Source: the human T2T-CHM13v2.0 reference genome, Homo sapiens. From it: DNA of 64,000 bases. This document shows, in pieces, positions 27,451 to 44,130 of this stretch. A program made the translations under genes and the position numbers. Location of the stretch: the NCBI RefSeq assembly GCF_009914755.1, contig NC_060926.1, one strand, 5' to 3'. The notes below the pieces were generated by a model that made no database searches, was not told the DNA's origin, and was given only the letters and a program-made list of their open reading frames with translations. Each line of letters starts with the position of its first letter. Within the stretch, counting starts at the first letter, position 1.

Positions 27451-27770
27451 CAACCACAGTGCTGTTAATCACGGGTCCTGTGTTGTTACAGGGGCTCTCC
27501 AAATCCTCTTTGGCTTTGTGTAACTGAAACTTCGTGTCTTGAGACCAGCACCTCCCGTTTAAGTGCTCTCACTACAAAAGGAAAACAAGGCAGGAGCAGA
27601 GCGCAGAAGAAACTTCTGGCCATGCTGGCTGTGCGCGTGGCATTGATAGTGATGATGGTTTGATGGTTTGGGGGATGGGTATATTCCCAAACACATCAAG
27701 TTGTACACATTAAATATCTGCAGCTTTTTGTACATCAATCACACCTCAATAAAGCAGTTAAAGAAAAAAG
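27451..27770. mobile_element. L1MB1/L1MA10-like 3' end with inverted 5' segment
   Basis: 27451-27557 resembles L1 3'UTR in antisense. 27558-27770 is a sense 3' terminus (catcaagttgtacacattaaata...cctcaataaagc). Confidence 0.65.
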
Positions 27771-28038
27771 AAGAGCCTTGTGAAGGGTGAGGACTTGCTG
27801 CTGCTGTCCTGGCCACTGTGGGGTGTTTAGGGTGAGGGTCCTTCCCATTACCCCTGGGACCAGCTGCACCCACTGCTGCTGAGGAAGATTCAGCTCTGCC
27901 AGACGTTCTTCCCTCAAAGCTTTGGACTGGCTGAGACCTGGGAACATGTGCAGGTTTCACTGGCATTGGAGAAAGCAGGCTCCCTGTCTTCTTTAAATAT
28001 AAAGACAATGCCCTAAAGCCTTTGGTTCCAGAGATTGA

Positions 28039-28557
<519 letters not shown>

Positions 28558-31495
28558 TAGGTGGTCTGCACACTGGCCCTGGCTGAGTGGGGCCTGATGG
28601 CGAGGTGGCTGGTGAGGACTGGGGGCCAGGATGGGAGTGGAAATGTGGCAACGAGAACCTTTCAGTTCACCTGGGGCCTTGATATTTTAAGAAAAGGAGC
28701 TAAAAATAAATCCACACCTTAGGTTCCTCATCCTAGAGTGGAACAGGAGAAGGCTGGCATCAGCCTGGGGCACTCCAGAGTTTCCTGGGTTTCTGCTGCC
28801 TCAGAAGATTTAAATGTGAGGCCTTGGGTCCAGGCTGGCACCTACACGTGGCCCCTGCAAACCCCACATTTCATGTCCACTTGGAGGTGCCGAACACCTC
28901 ACCCCCTGAGGAATATGTCACTCTCAGAGGCTGTGTGAAGGGCCAGGGCTAGATGGTGAGGCGTAATTTAAGGACTCATCTCTTTCAGGGCAATATAAAT
29001 GCAGACGGACCTTGATGGGGGGGCCTCCATACATTTTGGCCCCACCTGTCACTCTTCTCAGCCTAGTCCCAGCCCCGCCATGTGCCCCGTGCTGGGAGGG
29101 TCACTTTGGTCTGCCAAATGTTCCCTGAGCCCCCTGCCCCGGATGCCCAGCCCTGTGCTCGGGCAGCTCCAGTGGAGGAAACGAAGGGGGAAAGGTGGCC
29201 CTGTCTTTAGGGACGGGATCAGAACTCACACAGGGAGTAGAACATGCCAGTCCGTCGCTGGGGTCCTAGGCCTTTTGAGTCTGGCTTCTATGGGCTCTGA
29301 GAAGAGAGGGCGCATCAAAGAAGGCATCCAGCAGAGGAGGCCAGTGTGGGACTCACCCCTAGCCTCAGCCAGAAGCAAGACTTCTGAGCTAATGGGGGCT
29401 CCATGGGGCTGGGGGTCACTGGGGGCTGGAGCAGCCCCAGGAGGCAGGGAGGCATTTCCGAAGGGCATCCCCACCTCCCGCTAACATCCACGTCAAGTCG
29501 TGGCCAAGCCGCCTCTCCAGAAACACCCAGAGAGTTCCTTTGTGTTGCATTTGCCAAGATGGTGTTCTGGCTGCTGTTTAGTATTTTGCTCCAGAAGAAA
29601 GGCTAAAAGATGCAGAAAGGGAAACTAAAATAATAAAGACAAGCACAGACTGTTCCAATCGACTTGGCAGCACGTCTCCCCCAAATGAGGCAATCATACA
29701 TTTTCTGATCGGGGCCGGCCGGGCCGAGGCTCATTCCTCAGCCAGCCACCTCGGCTTCCCTATCTGGAGACAGCGCGGGTCCCCTGCCTTCCTGTGGATT
29801 AATCATGCCTTCGGGGCCCTCACAGCCGGCCGCCCACTCCTTCGGCGTGTCTTAATGATAGGAACGAGGAAAGGGTCATTAGCCACCTGTGATCCTGTGT
29901 ACAGTGTGTACACATGGTGCATGTTAATATGTGTGGGCCGCCACCAGCAGCCAGAATACTGTGTGTCACCGGACACAGATGGCCTCCATCCCGCCCATGA
30001 GCTCAGGTGCACGAAGCATCCTGTTCCTGAACAGGCACTCTCCGGGCCCAGGGCTGAGGGCTGCTGGACACTGTTCCCTCTGCTCCAGCCCCACATGGAC
30101 AATGCAAACACACAGAGGCTCATGGCGACTCTTAATTATTTACTCATGAATTATTCATGGTGAGGGTTTTCCAGGTGGGTCTGCGTGGCAGGGCTGCCGA
30201 TCCGATCTCCAGCAAGTGTCCAGGAGTCCGACACCGCCCCCCAACACACCAGCTGGTGAGCAATTAGAAACACAGTCTGGGCCTGGGGCACCAGGATTTC
30301 CTTCCTGCAATATCCTCAGGCCCCAGGTAGCCCAAGCCTTTTGCAAGCCTGGGCCTGGGACATGAGGGCACTTGAGCCACAGGGAGAAGCTCTTCCATCA
30401 AGGCAGGCCCTGGGGCTGGTGACACGAGGTCCCCTGTGTCGTGGGTATTTATGGAGGATGACCTCCCCCCCCCCCTCAACTTGTGTCTCCCAGTGTCCCT
30501 GAGTGAGACCACCCTACAGGATCCTGGCTGACCTAGCACAGAGGGCCTCGGGAGCTGTGCATGTTTGCAGACACCAGGCCACACACACTGCTTCGGATTT
30601 GACTGTGTCTTTTTCCTCATCCCAGTAAACCTGCCCAGTTCCTGTTGAGACATGAGGGTTCTAGGGACAGGCAGTGGGAGAAGCCTTAGGAGGGAGCCAA
30701 AAGTCAGGGGCTGAGGCTACTTTGTCATCTTTATTTTGATCCTAGTTAAGACCCACCTGCCTCCTGCAAGGGAACAGAAGGAGCCCCTGGGGACAGGGTG
30801 GCCCATCCCTCATTCCTGCCTCTCCCAGGTGCTCTGGCACCCCATGATGCTGACCATGCTGAAGATTTGGCCCCATGTGCCAACAGGAAAGGAAGTGGCC
30901 AGTTTCCATTCATTCCCGAGGAACGGGCAGCCTGAGGGGAGGTTCGTCTGTGGAGGTGTGAGGTCAGGGCTCTGTCAGGTGGAGGACACTTTTTGGTGAG
31001 CAGGTGAGTCAGCAGGTGAGCCCACGCCTCATCCCTCAGAAGTAGGGAGATGGCAGGAATACACCCTTCACCGTCTCCTGGAGATAAGTGATGGGAGGGA
31101 AAGACCTTTCTGGCAGGGCCGGGGATGCTGTTGGGCACACCCCAGCGCTGGCCTCTGCCCCACCTCCTCTGAGAGATGATCCGAATTGTGAGGCAGTTGC
31201 ACTTGACCATTGGGATTTTCCCCAGAGCTGGTGGATGTGGCATTGCTGCATTTGGTGATGCTGGGGGACCTTGTCCTAAGGTTTGGGGTGCACCTGTGTG
31301 CATTGAGACGCCAGCATGTGGCTCTGAAGGGGGGACTGGATTGCAGCAGGATCAATGACCGAACATTCCAAGAAGTGCTTCTGCCTGTCAGGAGCTCCCA
31401 GTGACGTGTTCCCTCCCTTGTTCACATTTGCTCCGGTTCTGTGAGGAGGTCTTCCACTTCCCCTCTCTGCTCCCTGGAGGTGGGGAGGTGCATCA

Positions 31496-32009
<514 letters not shown>

Positions 32010-33189
32010 CAGAAAGACTTCAGGGTTCTGCCCTCCTCGCCTCCCGTCTCCTGGCCAGCATCGGCTTTGCTGCCTGCAAGATCCCAAAGGCCAGAGCCAA
32101 GTTGGCACATAAAATACCTGTGAGGCCTTTCACATTTCACCCACGACTAGCACCAAACTGTCTCTACCCTGCACCTCAGCGTGGCCTATTTCCACCCGTG
32201 AATACAAGATTTTTCTAGCCTCTAGAGCTTTTTCTTCACATGTGCATGTAATTTAAACAGGTGCTAGCAAAGCACTAACCCCACCCAGGTTCGAGTCCTA
32301 GTGTCTTTGTAAACGGTCCCCTCCATACAAAGGGATGGCTGCTGCTCAGCCTGCTCTGTCCCCCTTGGTGAAGGGCCCTGTGCCAGGCTCTGGCAGTTCA
32401 CGGGCAGCCTGCCAGGAAAGGGGGCTCACCTTGACAAGGAAGCTTTGTGATGTGTTTTGTCGGTAATTGCTTGACCAGTCTCGTCTAATGTACCTCATCC
32501 ATTCCAGGCCTCCTTCTGCCACAACTAGCATTTCCTGATGCCTCCCTCAACACCGCTCTGGGCACACATGTATGCCCATGGGACCTTGTGACACACTGGC
32601 TCGGTGCCCAGCAGAAAATATTTAAGTTGCCACCTTTGGTGCTGTAACTGTGCCGTCTCACTCAGGGTAAACCGTGCAACTCCTTTCTTTCATGACGTTT
32701 GAAAGGGAAAATTAAATTGAGGAATGAAGTCTCACCGAAAGGCTGGCATGCAAATTCTTGACCTTTGTTTTGAGTACACGTAATGAGGCTGCAACTAGAT
32801 TTCAGGCTCCAGGCCCGGAGTCTCCATCTCCTGCCTGGCATTTTAAGGAGACTTGAGGAGCTGAGCATCAGGGTGGGGGACGGGAGTGGTGGGAGGTGCA
32901 GGGTGCTGGGGCCTGGGCTTTGCTTTCATTCACCAGAACTGTAAGGCGCGGGCATGGCATGGCCCAGCAGGTGGTCCCCAAGGCAGAGAGTGGAGAGGTT
33001 TTACTGGGGCCTAGGAGACCCCTTTGACCTGATCCCAAGCACATCTAGGCATGTCTCAGAGGGGCCGGGTTGCTGGCCGCCCTCAGTGCGTACCCTCCTC
33101 ACCTCCATCCTCCCCAGCTGGAAGGAGATGGCTTCTTTGGCGATATGTGAGGTTGTGTTGTTTTGTAGGAAGGTAGGGACTGATTTATC

Positions 33190-33560
33190 ACATCAGTCAG
33201 GCCAGGCTAGGCTGTGCTTAGGTAACACATAGACTGCCAATTTCAGTGCCTTATCACAACAAAGATTCACGCCCCCAGTATGCAACATCCAGTGTGCGTA
33301 GGGAAACGCTCTTCCATCAGATGGTGGCACCATCTGGAACATGTGGCCTCCAAGGTTGCCATGACGAGCGAAGGGAACTGAGGGTCATAGATGTTTGCAA
33401 AGGGCCAGGTCTGGAAGTGGTCTCCATCACCTCCCCACCCATCCTATCCGCCAGACTCCAGACACAGGAGCCCAACTTAACTGCAGTGGCAGCTGGGAGA
33501 GTTCCTCCTTGTGCCCAGAAAGAGGACATACTGTGGTGAATAACATCCTCTCTGCCACAT
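33190..33560 (-). mobile_element. MaLR LTR (MLT1I/J-like), degraded
   Basis: catcagtcagg..aggctaggctgtgct..ggtaaca...tttcagtgcctta and aactgcag..gcagctgggag. Confidence 0.55.
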
Positions 33561-33738
33561 TAGGATCCAACCCTAGGGATGCAGTGTCCCTGAGGCAGTG
33601 ATGATCACGAGCCCCTTGTTGGCAGGTGAACCTTGGGAGAGGCGTCTACACTGTGAGCCCCAGCTGACCTCGACATGCAGATATTCTCCATTCAGGCCTG
33701 TCCTTCAAGGTTCGAGGTCTGATTTACTAGGACTGTAA

Positions 33739-35530
<1,792 letters not shown>

Positions 35531-35602
35531 CAAGAAGTTCAGCCGAAAAAGTTTATGTGGGGAGATCAAAAGGGAATGGATTTTTATTTTTTAACCATGT
35601 AA

Positions 35603-35917
<315 letters not shown>

Positions 35918-37219
35918 TGGATAGACTTTTTAAAAAGAATTTTTGTGTCATGGTGTAAGCCAGAAAGCATAATGGTGAAATAAACAGTGACACCACATCC
36001 AGCTGAAGAAGTTATGGTCAGCTCTGTTTCAGGCGGGGCTGCAGGCTTCACCTGGGCTGCAGGGTGGGTTCAGGTCTGCCCAGTGTGCCTGGCAGAGGGG
36101 ATGATGGCCACCAGGGCACAGGCCAGCATGCAAGTAGAACATGGGTAGGAGGCTGCTTGGGTTGGGCACAGGCCCTGGCTCCATGGCACTAGAAGTTGAC
36201 AACTAGGTCTGGATGTGCAAAGTCTGCAGTAGGAACAGGCTTTATAGATAGATATTTTTAAAATAAAGTGGCCCGTCTGTCCACTGGCCAACAATTCCAG
36301 GGTGCCTCCCCAGGGCTGAGCTGGATTGGCAGGATAGGAAAAGGAGCTGGGAACCCGGACCTCCGGGGACTCACCCCCAGACTGGAAAACAGTTGGAGAA
36401 TGGAAAAGGCCAAAGGCAACCAAGCTGTGCCTGAGCCATGCCCAGGGCTGTGGGTGTGATGCAGACCCCTACCCTAACCCACCACCACTTGTGCCCTGGC
36501 ACTGCCATGCCCTCTCCCCTCTGTCTCTGCCTCTCCATGGCCTCTGAGACCGACAGCTTCCCCTGCGTCTTTACAGCGTTCTTGACCGAGAGTAACACCG
36601 GGCCCTGGATGGGCAGGGAACCAGGCAAGTCATGGTAATACTGAGCAAAATGCAATCTTTGGTGATTCAGAAGCCCTTCCAAGTATCATGGTGTGTCCAG
36701 GTCTCCATGACAACATGGAAGGGCCTTATGCTCAGAGGCTCAGGAGAGCTGTGTGGGAGATAGTCTGGTTAACAGAGGCCAGGGTACTCCGGGTCTCTGA
36801 TGCCGCCCGAGATCAAATCATAGGGCTGTGATTATGAAAGGGAACTCAACTCCTGGAGGCTAACACCCTTTGCGACTTGAGTTGTGCATTTAGCTAGGAT
36901 CTAAAGGCTGGGGATCCTGGACTCTTTATCACTTTCTAGTACTCGAACCTCAAGGGATAACTTATTCTCAGTGAGGTCCCTCGACCCTCAACTGGGAACC
37001 ATCCATGCCCTGCCGCCTCACAGGCTACTGTAGGAGGAAGAGAGATTTATGTAAAGGGCTTTGTCCACTATAAAGTGAGTCTGCACACGTGGGTGGCCGC
37101 ATCCTATCACGTGTTGGAGGAAAACACGTCCTGAGGAGTTCACGGCTCTTTTTTCACGGTGGGGTGGGAGGGGATAAAGTCCCATCCATAATTAAAATAT
37201 GCACATTTGTGTCATTCAG

Positions 37220-37400
37220 GGCAGTGAGATGTGGCAGAACAAACAGTATCACTTTTAACTGTGACTGGGTTCAAATCCTGCCTACTTACTTTGGCCACGT
37301 GATCCTGGGCAAATTGTGTATTCCTTGTCTGTGAAGTGGGGCTAATTAATGATCCATGCTTTGTGGGCTAGCGTGACTCTGAAATGAGCTAATGTTTGAA
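37220..37400 (+). mobile_element. MIR
   Basis: ctgggttcaaatcctgcctacttact..gtgatcctgggcaaatt. Confidence 0.65.
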
Positions 37401-37470
37401 GGCCTGTTATTGAACCCAGAGAAGGGGCTTCATGGATGCTGTCAGTTGTCGCTGCCTGCTCCAGTCCTAA

Positions 37471-38037
<567 letters not shown>

Positions 38038-38809
38038 TAACTTGTAGGAAGACAAGCAGGTGCTGAGGCCACTCATTGTCCTATGCCATGTTGATTAGAT
38101 GCTATTAATGAGTGAAGTAACAGTGGACCTCCAAGATGGCAATATGGGGTTCCTAAATAGATAAATTGAGACCATGCAAGCATCCCTGGGGGTGCCAGTA
38201 ACTTGGGTGTGCAAGAAGATACTGACAAGCAGTAACAGTCATAAAGGGTGATAAACCCACACTTTATTAACCACTGGGCCTCGTGTTCTCATATCCGTTG
38301 TCTCTTCTGAGCCTTGCCACAGCACGGTGAGGTCAGTACTTTTATCATCCCTGCCTTACAGTTGAGGACACTGAGGCACAGCAAGGGCTCAGTAGGCCTT
38401 CTAAGGGCTGGTCCAAGGCTGTGGGACCTTTCTGCAGAGGACCCAGGACTTGTCCCCACAGCTGGCTTCAGGGATGTCAGCGCCAGGTCATTCCCGTTTC
38501 TTTTAGAAGAGGTGGCTCCAGCCTTGGGAATGGCAACAGAGGCCAACCTGTGTTGCTGAATGGAATGTGGAAAACAGTGTTGCCAAGGCTCTTGCTTGGC
38601 CTTGGGCTGAGCTCGTCCTCCATCGTGCTGGCTGCTCGGAGCCCCTCAGGCAGCCTGAGTCCTGGAGGGACGGGCCCCTGGCCATGGCTGTGGTAGGAAG
38701 GCCATCGGTCCCCATCCTGCTTCCTCACCGAGCAGGGGCTGTGCAGGCTGCCTTTGCCTCTGCTGGCCATTCAGAGCTGCCTCCCAGGAGCCCCCTTGGG
38801 GCAGTGTCC

Positions 38810-38881
38810 GTGTACATGCGTGTATGTGCCTGCATGCGTGTGTGTGTGCATGAGTGTATGTGTGTGCACATGTGTGTGTGT
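38810..38881 (+). repeat. Imperfect TG-rich repeat
   Basis: Directly visible. Confidence 0.9.
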
Positions 38882-40239
38882 CTAGGCTTTTCTTTTCCTG
38901 CTTTCAGAAAAGTTGCCAGAGAAGTTAAAGGCGGGGAGCCCCAGCCCGGCCATTGTGAGGTGGCTGTGGTGCTGGAAAGCCGCGCTCCAGGTGTGCTGCG
39001 CCTTTGTCTCCTGGTTTTCAAAACTCCCTTTCAGCCCTGCTTCCCATTAATAACTGTGAGTGTTGCCGGCCACAGAGCCTGGCAGAGGCCGAGACAATGG
39101 AGCTATTGGAGGCTGGCTCGGAGCGCACTGACATCTTGCTGCAGTGCCTTATTGATTTTATTTTCCTGTTATGAAAACACCACCCCACTGAGGCGGGGAG
39201 GGAAAGAATGTCGGACAGGGGAGAGGAGATGGAGGATTATTTGGGCACGCTGCCCCCAGGCCAGCCAAACACATTCCTCCCCTGGGCGCCAGCCCGAGCG
39301 CTGGTCTGACTCAGTGACCTCTGCCCAGTAGGGCCAGCCGCTGGACCCGCTGGCCACATCTGGCAGGCGCTCTGCAGGGCCAGCTGTTGGCCATATGGAG
39401 AATGGCAGCCGCTGGAACCGACTGCTCGGGGCTCCAGGTGGGAGAGAGAGGCTGGGCCCGGAGGCCGTCTTGAAAGTGTCTGTCCTTTTAAGGATACATG
39501 CCTTTGTAGGGATGGTGTTGGGCTGCTCTGGGGGATGAAGTGGAGGGGCTCGGTGCTGGGGCTCCCCCACAGGGCTGTGCTGCCTGCAGAGCTCCCGCTT
39601 TGCTCCAGAGTGGCTTGATATTCACCATCCTTGACTGGCCTGATCCCAAACCACAGCCACATGAGAGGAAGGGAACCCAGTCTCAGACAGAAAACAACAG
39701 CTGGGGCAAGGACTGGGCAGGGTGGCCAGGAGGGGGAGAGGGGGCGAAAGTTCATTCCTGTGAGGACAGCCCGCTCCTTGGCATGTCACAACAGAGGAAC
39801 TGAATTCTGCCTCCAGCCCGGCCTGTTTCCTGCAGGGGCTTGTTTGATTCCCCGGATTAAGCCCTGGTCCCTTGGTGCCCAGGAGCACTGGGTGGGGGGA
39901 AGGGAGGACAGCAGTGCTGGCTTCCCGAGCACCCCTGGCAGATTTGGGCCACAGTGCCTTCCCGCCGTTCTAGCCTGGCTCCTGCCCGCCCAGAGGCCTG
40001 TCCCCTAGCCTATGTGTCTGACCCCGTGCCAAGACCACATCAACTGATGGGCAGGCCCGGGCCCAGGTATTTGCGGTTTCCCCGGTCAACAATGTGGGTC
40101 TTTACTGAGCAGGCAAGAGCTGGCTGGCTCTTGCCCTCGGGGAGCTCACGGCTCCTTGTGTATAACAAATCTGTGGCCTGGACAGTGTGACCAGATGACC
40201 CAAGAATGTCTCTCCCCCTGAAGTTATTGGCAGGGGAGG

Positions 40240-40480
40240 CCTAGTGCAGTGGCTACAGCCAGACTTTGGAGACAGACTGCCTGGATTTGAATTCCCTTCT
40301 ACCGCTTGCTATCTGAGTGACCCTGGACAGGTTACCTAACCTCTCTGGGCGTCACTTCTGTAAAATGGGAAGAGGTCGTTGTACTTGCGAGCAGAGTTGT
40401 TGTGAGGACTGTGTGGGTTAAAACCTGTGTGAAGTGCTCAGAACAAGACAGAACCTGGCATGTGGTATTTCGAGTCTCAT
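40240..40480 (+). mobile_element. MIR
   Basis: gacagactgcctggatttgaattcc...gtgaccctggacaggttacctaacctctctg...ctgtaaaatggg. Confidence 0.8.
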
Positions 40481-40491
40481 ATTGGTGCTGA

Positions 40492-40917
<426 letters not shown>

Positions 40918-41984
40918 TGACCAAGGGAAGGGAGTTTAAAGCTTTTTTCAGCTGTGGCGCCCTTTCCTCTAGGGAAAGCCCATTGTGGAAACAGCTGAAA
41001 CTGCACTCCAGTGGATGGTGGGGTGGGTGGGCGAGGTTGGCCGGGTAGAAGCCAGGAGCAGAGCTCTGTCCGAGCTCACCAGAGTGTGGGGACAGCTGCT
41101 GGAATGTATCCACCGGGCTTCCTGGGTGAAGGGTCTAGAGCCACATGTGGACCAGAGCCACCCTCGGAAACTCAGCAACTGTCCCTGAGGAAAGTGACTG
41201 GGGGACTAGTGTCAGTACTGTGAGGCCTTAGTGTCCCCTCTTGGCTAGGCAGTGCGCAGGGTGAACATCACGTGCCCTGGGGGCTGGGGCATCCCATGCC
41301 ATCACCCTCCCCACCCAGCCCTGTGGGCCTGGTCACCTTCCCAGGCAGGGGCCGGCTTCTGCCAGGCTCTTTGGGTGAGGAGGCTGGCTGTGCTCCCAGC
41401 AGCTGGCCGGTGAGGTGATGACAATTCTTTCTGTCACTGCTGCCTTCAGGCCTGAGTTGGTTTTTCTACTTCTTCATTTGTCTGTGGCCTAAAGATTCCT
41501 CACGTGTCTTGAGGAAAGGCCAGTTGGACAAGCAGACTCCTGGGCTGCTGAAGTACAGGGAGGGTCTGGTGGGCTCCCCCAGCCCCGCAACACACACTCA
41601 TGGCTCAGACCAATCAGCAGCCTCCCCAGGACACAAGTTCCAAGAGCCTAACAGGAGCAGAGTGACCACGTCCTCCAGCCCCTCATTCTACAGGTCACAG
41701 TAGTGAGGCCCAAAGAAAATGTGGCCTGCCAAGGTCACCCAGTGAGTTAGAATCAGAACCAGCCTGGGCCAGCTCCTCTTCCCACTCCAGGCTGCCTGGT
41801 AGAGCATTCACCATGGTAACCATGATTGCAGCATTGTTATGGTAACTTTTCCATCTGCTCATCCACCCAGCTGATAGCAAGCAAGAGATTTCAGGCCAGA
41901 AAGTGGGCACATTTACCTCTGTGGTATAGGTGAGAAAATTTAAGCCAAAGGTTATGTCAACTCAGCATTTCGCCACTGCTAAGA

Positions 41985-42200
41985 GCTTCAAGCTTTTGAG
42001 TCTGACAGCACTGGGATTGAATCCTAGCTCCGCCACTTAGAAGCTGAGTATGTCTCTGAACCTCAGTTTCTTTGTCTCTAAGAATTGGGAATAATCATAG
42101 AATCCTCCTCATGGGGATGATGTGAGAACTGGTTAAATTAATATGCATAGAAAAGCTTAAAACACTACCTGCCATTTGGTAAGCACTCGATAAAAGTTAA
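41985..42200 (+). mobile_element. MIR
   Basis: gggattgaatcctagctccgccacttag...tctctgaacctcagtttc...gtaagcactcgataaa. Confidence 0.75.
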
Positions 42201-43613
42201 TTTTAGAAAGATAAACCATTGACTGGGTCTACCCAGTTATTCATACATTTGCGGGGAAACCTGTCCCCCCCTGGTGGTTGGTGCTGGAGGCTGAAGAAAG
42301 GTGCATTGGCCTGTCCCCATCCCCTGTCTGATGCGGCATGAGGTCATGCTAAGGAACTGGGATGGCATCCCATCCCTGGCCCACCACTGTGTGTCTGGGC
42401 TGTAAATGGTCAGGACCGCAGGGGCAGGGTGCTCCTGAGAAGCAGAACTGCGACTCCACTGCCAGGCCTGTTTGTGGGCCTGAAGGGAAGCCCCAGTGCC
42501 CCACAGTTGCTGCTGCATGAAATTTAAATTATTCTCAGCAAACCTGCTTGACAGATGAAACAGAAAAGGGACGGCTTCATAAAATGCAATTTTGTTCCTG
42601 AAAGAATGGACTCTGCAGAATCCTCGCTGATGTCTGTGAAATGTACTGGGAGCTTTTTTTCCTAGTGGTCAGGAGCACTCATGCTGAAACATTCCCATCG
42701 TCCCTCAGAGCTAAGCCCTTGAAAATAAATCTAGCTGGGAAGCAGAGCGACTTCGCCTGTGTCGGAGGCCCGAGAAGAACCAAAAGGGGCTATGAAATCT
42801 GCAGGCTTCATCGTCAACACTCAAAACACCCGGGTTTTGACATTTATGAGCATTTAGGGCTATCGGGGTGGATATGTGTCATCATAGAGACAACGCTGGA
42901 GATGATATCTTCCCCATGCGCTCCAGCTTCTCTGGAGGAATGCTCCCCTTGGGGGAGATGATCTGGGATTTCCGTGGGGATCATGTGAGTGACCGCAGGG
43001 CCAATGTGGCAGCCCCTCCTGTTGTGTGCTTCTGGGGCCCATGAATGGAGAGAGGATGCTTTTGCACAGAACTCTCATTCCTCTTGTATTCACATTGAAA
43101 ATCGAAGGCTGCCTTGCCGAGTGGGCTCAGTTGGGAGAATCATTCAAGCCCCTTTCACCGTGAATTTCCAGACTGCAAGTGATTTTATCCAGAAGACTGT
43201 TGCTTTCTCCATGAACAAGAACTGTGATTTGCCTTGTGATAAATTATCAGGGAACAATAACACATTGTGAGATAACACAACCTGTGCATGTTAGTACTGA
43301 GCTAATGGGTTTTGCCTGTACCTTAAGTCGCAATTACAGTTTGATTGTGTATTCATTGACTTACAACCCACCTGTCAGTCACAAAGTGTGTACAAAATTG
43401 AAAAATGTCATGATTTTCAAAGCACCCATTTCAGAGCCTGCAGTTTGGGCTGAGTGGCCCGAACTTAAATTTCTGATTAAGGAGGCAAAAAGAGGGAAGA
43501 AGATGTATTTTGCCACACTTGTAAGAGACGAGCCTTAGTCTGGGCAAAAAAAAAGTCCATACACGGATTCCAAAATAAAGATATCAGAAGACTTCATTGA
43601 CTGGAGCCAGTTG

Positions 43614-44130
43614 TGTATGTAAGTTAGCTTTTGCTGCTTGATAATACCCCCAAAACCTGGGGTTTTAAAGTCATAACGGTTCTGTGGTTTGACTGGTCAG
43701 TACTGGTCTGGGCTGGCTCAGCTGATCTCTGCTAGGCTGTCTCATTTATCTGTGGTCTGCTGTAGGTTGGCTAGTGGCTGGATGATCAGGGTTAGTCTCA
43801 CACACCTGTGGTTGGCCAACTGTTGGCCAAGGTGCCTCAGTCCTTTGTGGCCTGTCATCCTCCATCCAGCTAGCTCAGGCTTATTCACCTGGTGGTCTCA
43901 GGGTACCAAAAGCAGCAAGAGAGCAAGGTCCATGCACAGATGCTTTTCTAACCTCTTCCTGAGGCATGTTTGCTAAAATCCCACTGGCCAAAGCAGGAGG
44001 CATGGCCAAGCCAGATTCAAGGAGTGGGCAAAGAGACCCCACCTCTTGATGGGAGATACTGCAACACCACATTGCAAAGGGACAGGCATCTAAGGTTGGA
44101 AAGAATTGTGATCATTTTTGCAATCTACCC
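43614..44130 (-). mobile_element. MaLR LTR (MLT1F/H-like)
   Basis: ggctcagctg, cccactggccaaagc...catggccaagcc, ccacctcttgatgggag motifs. Confidence 0.7.

Noticed and set aside
38567-39331. 254-aa ORF
   Set aside because: Non-ATG start, runs through the TG repeat (VCVH-type translation), no domain.
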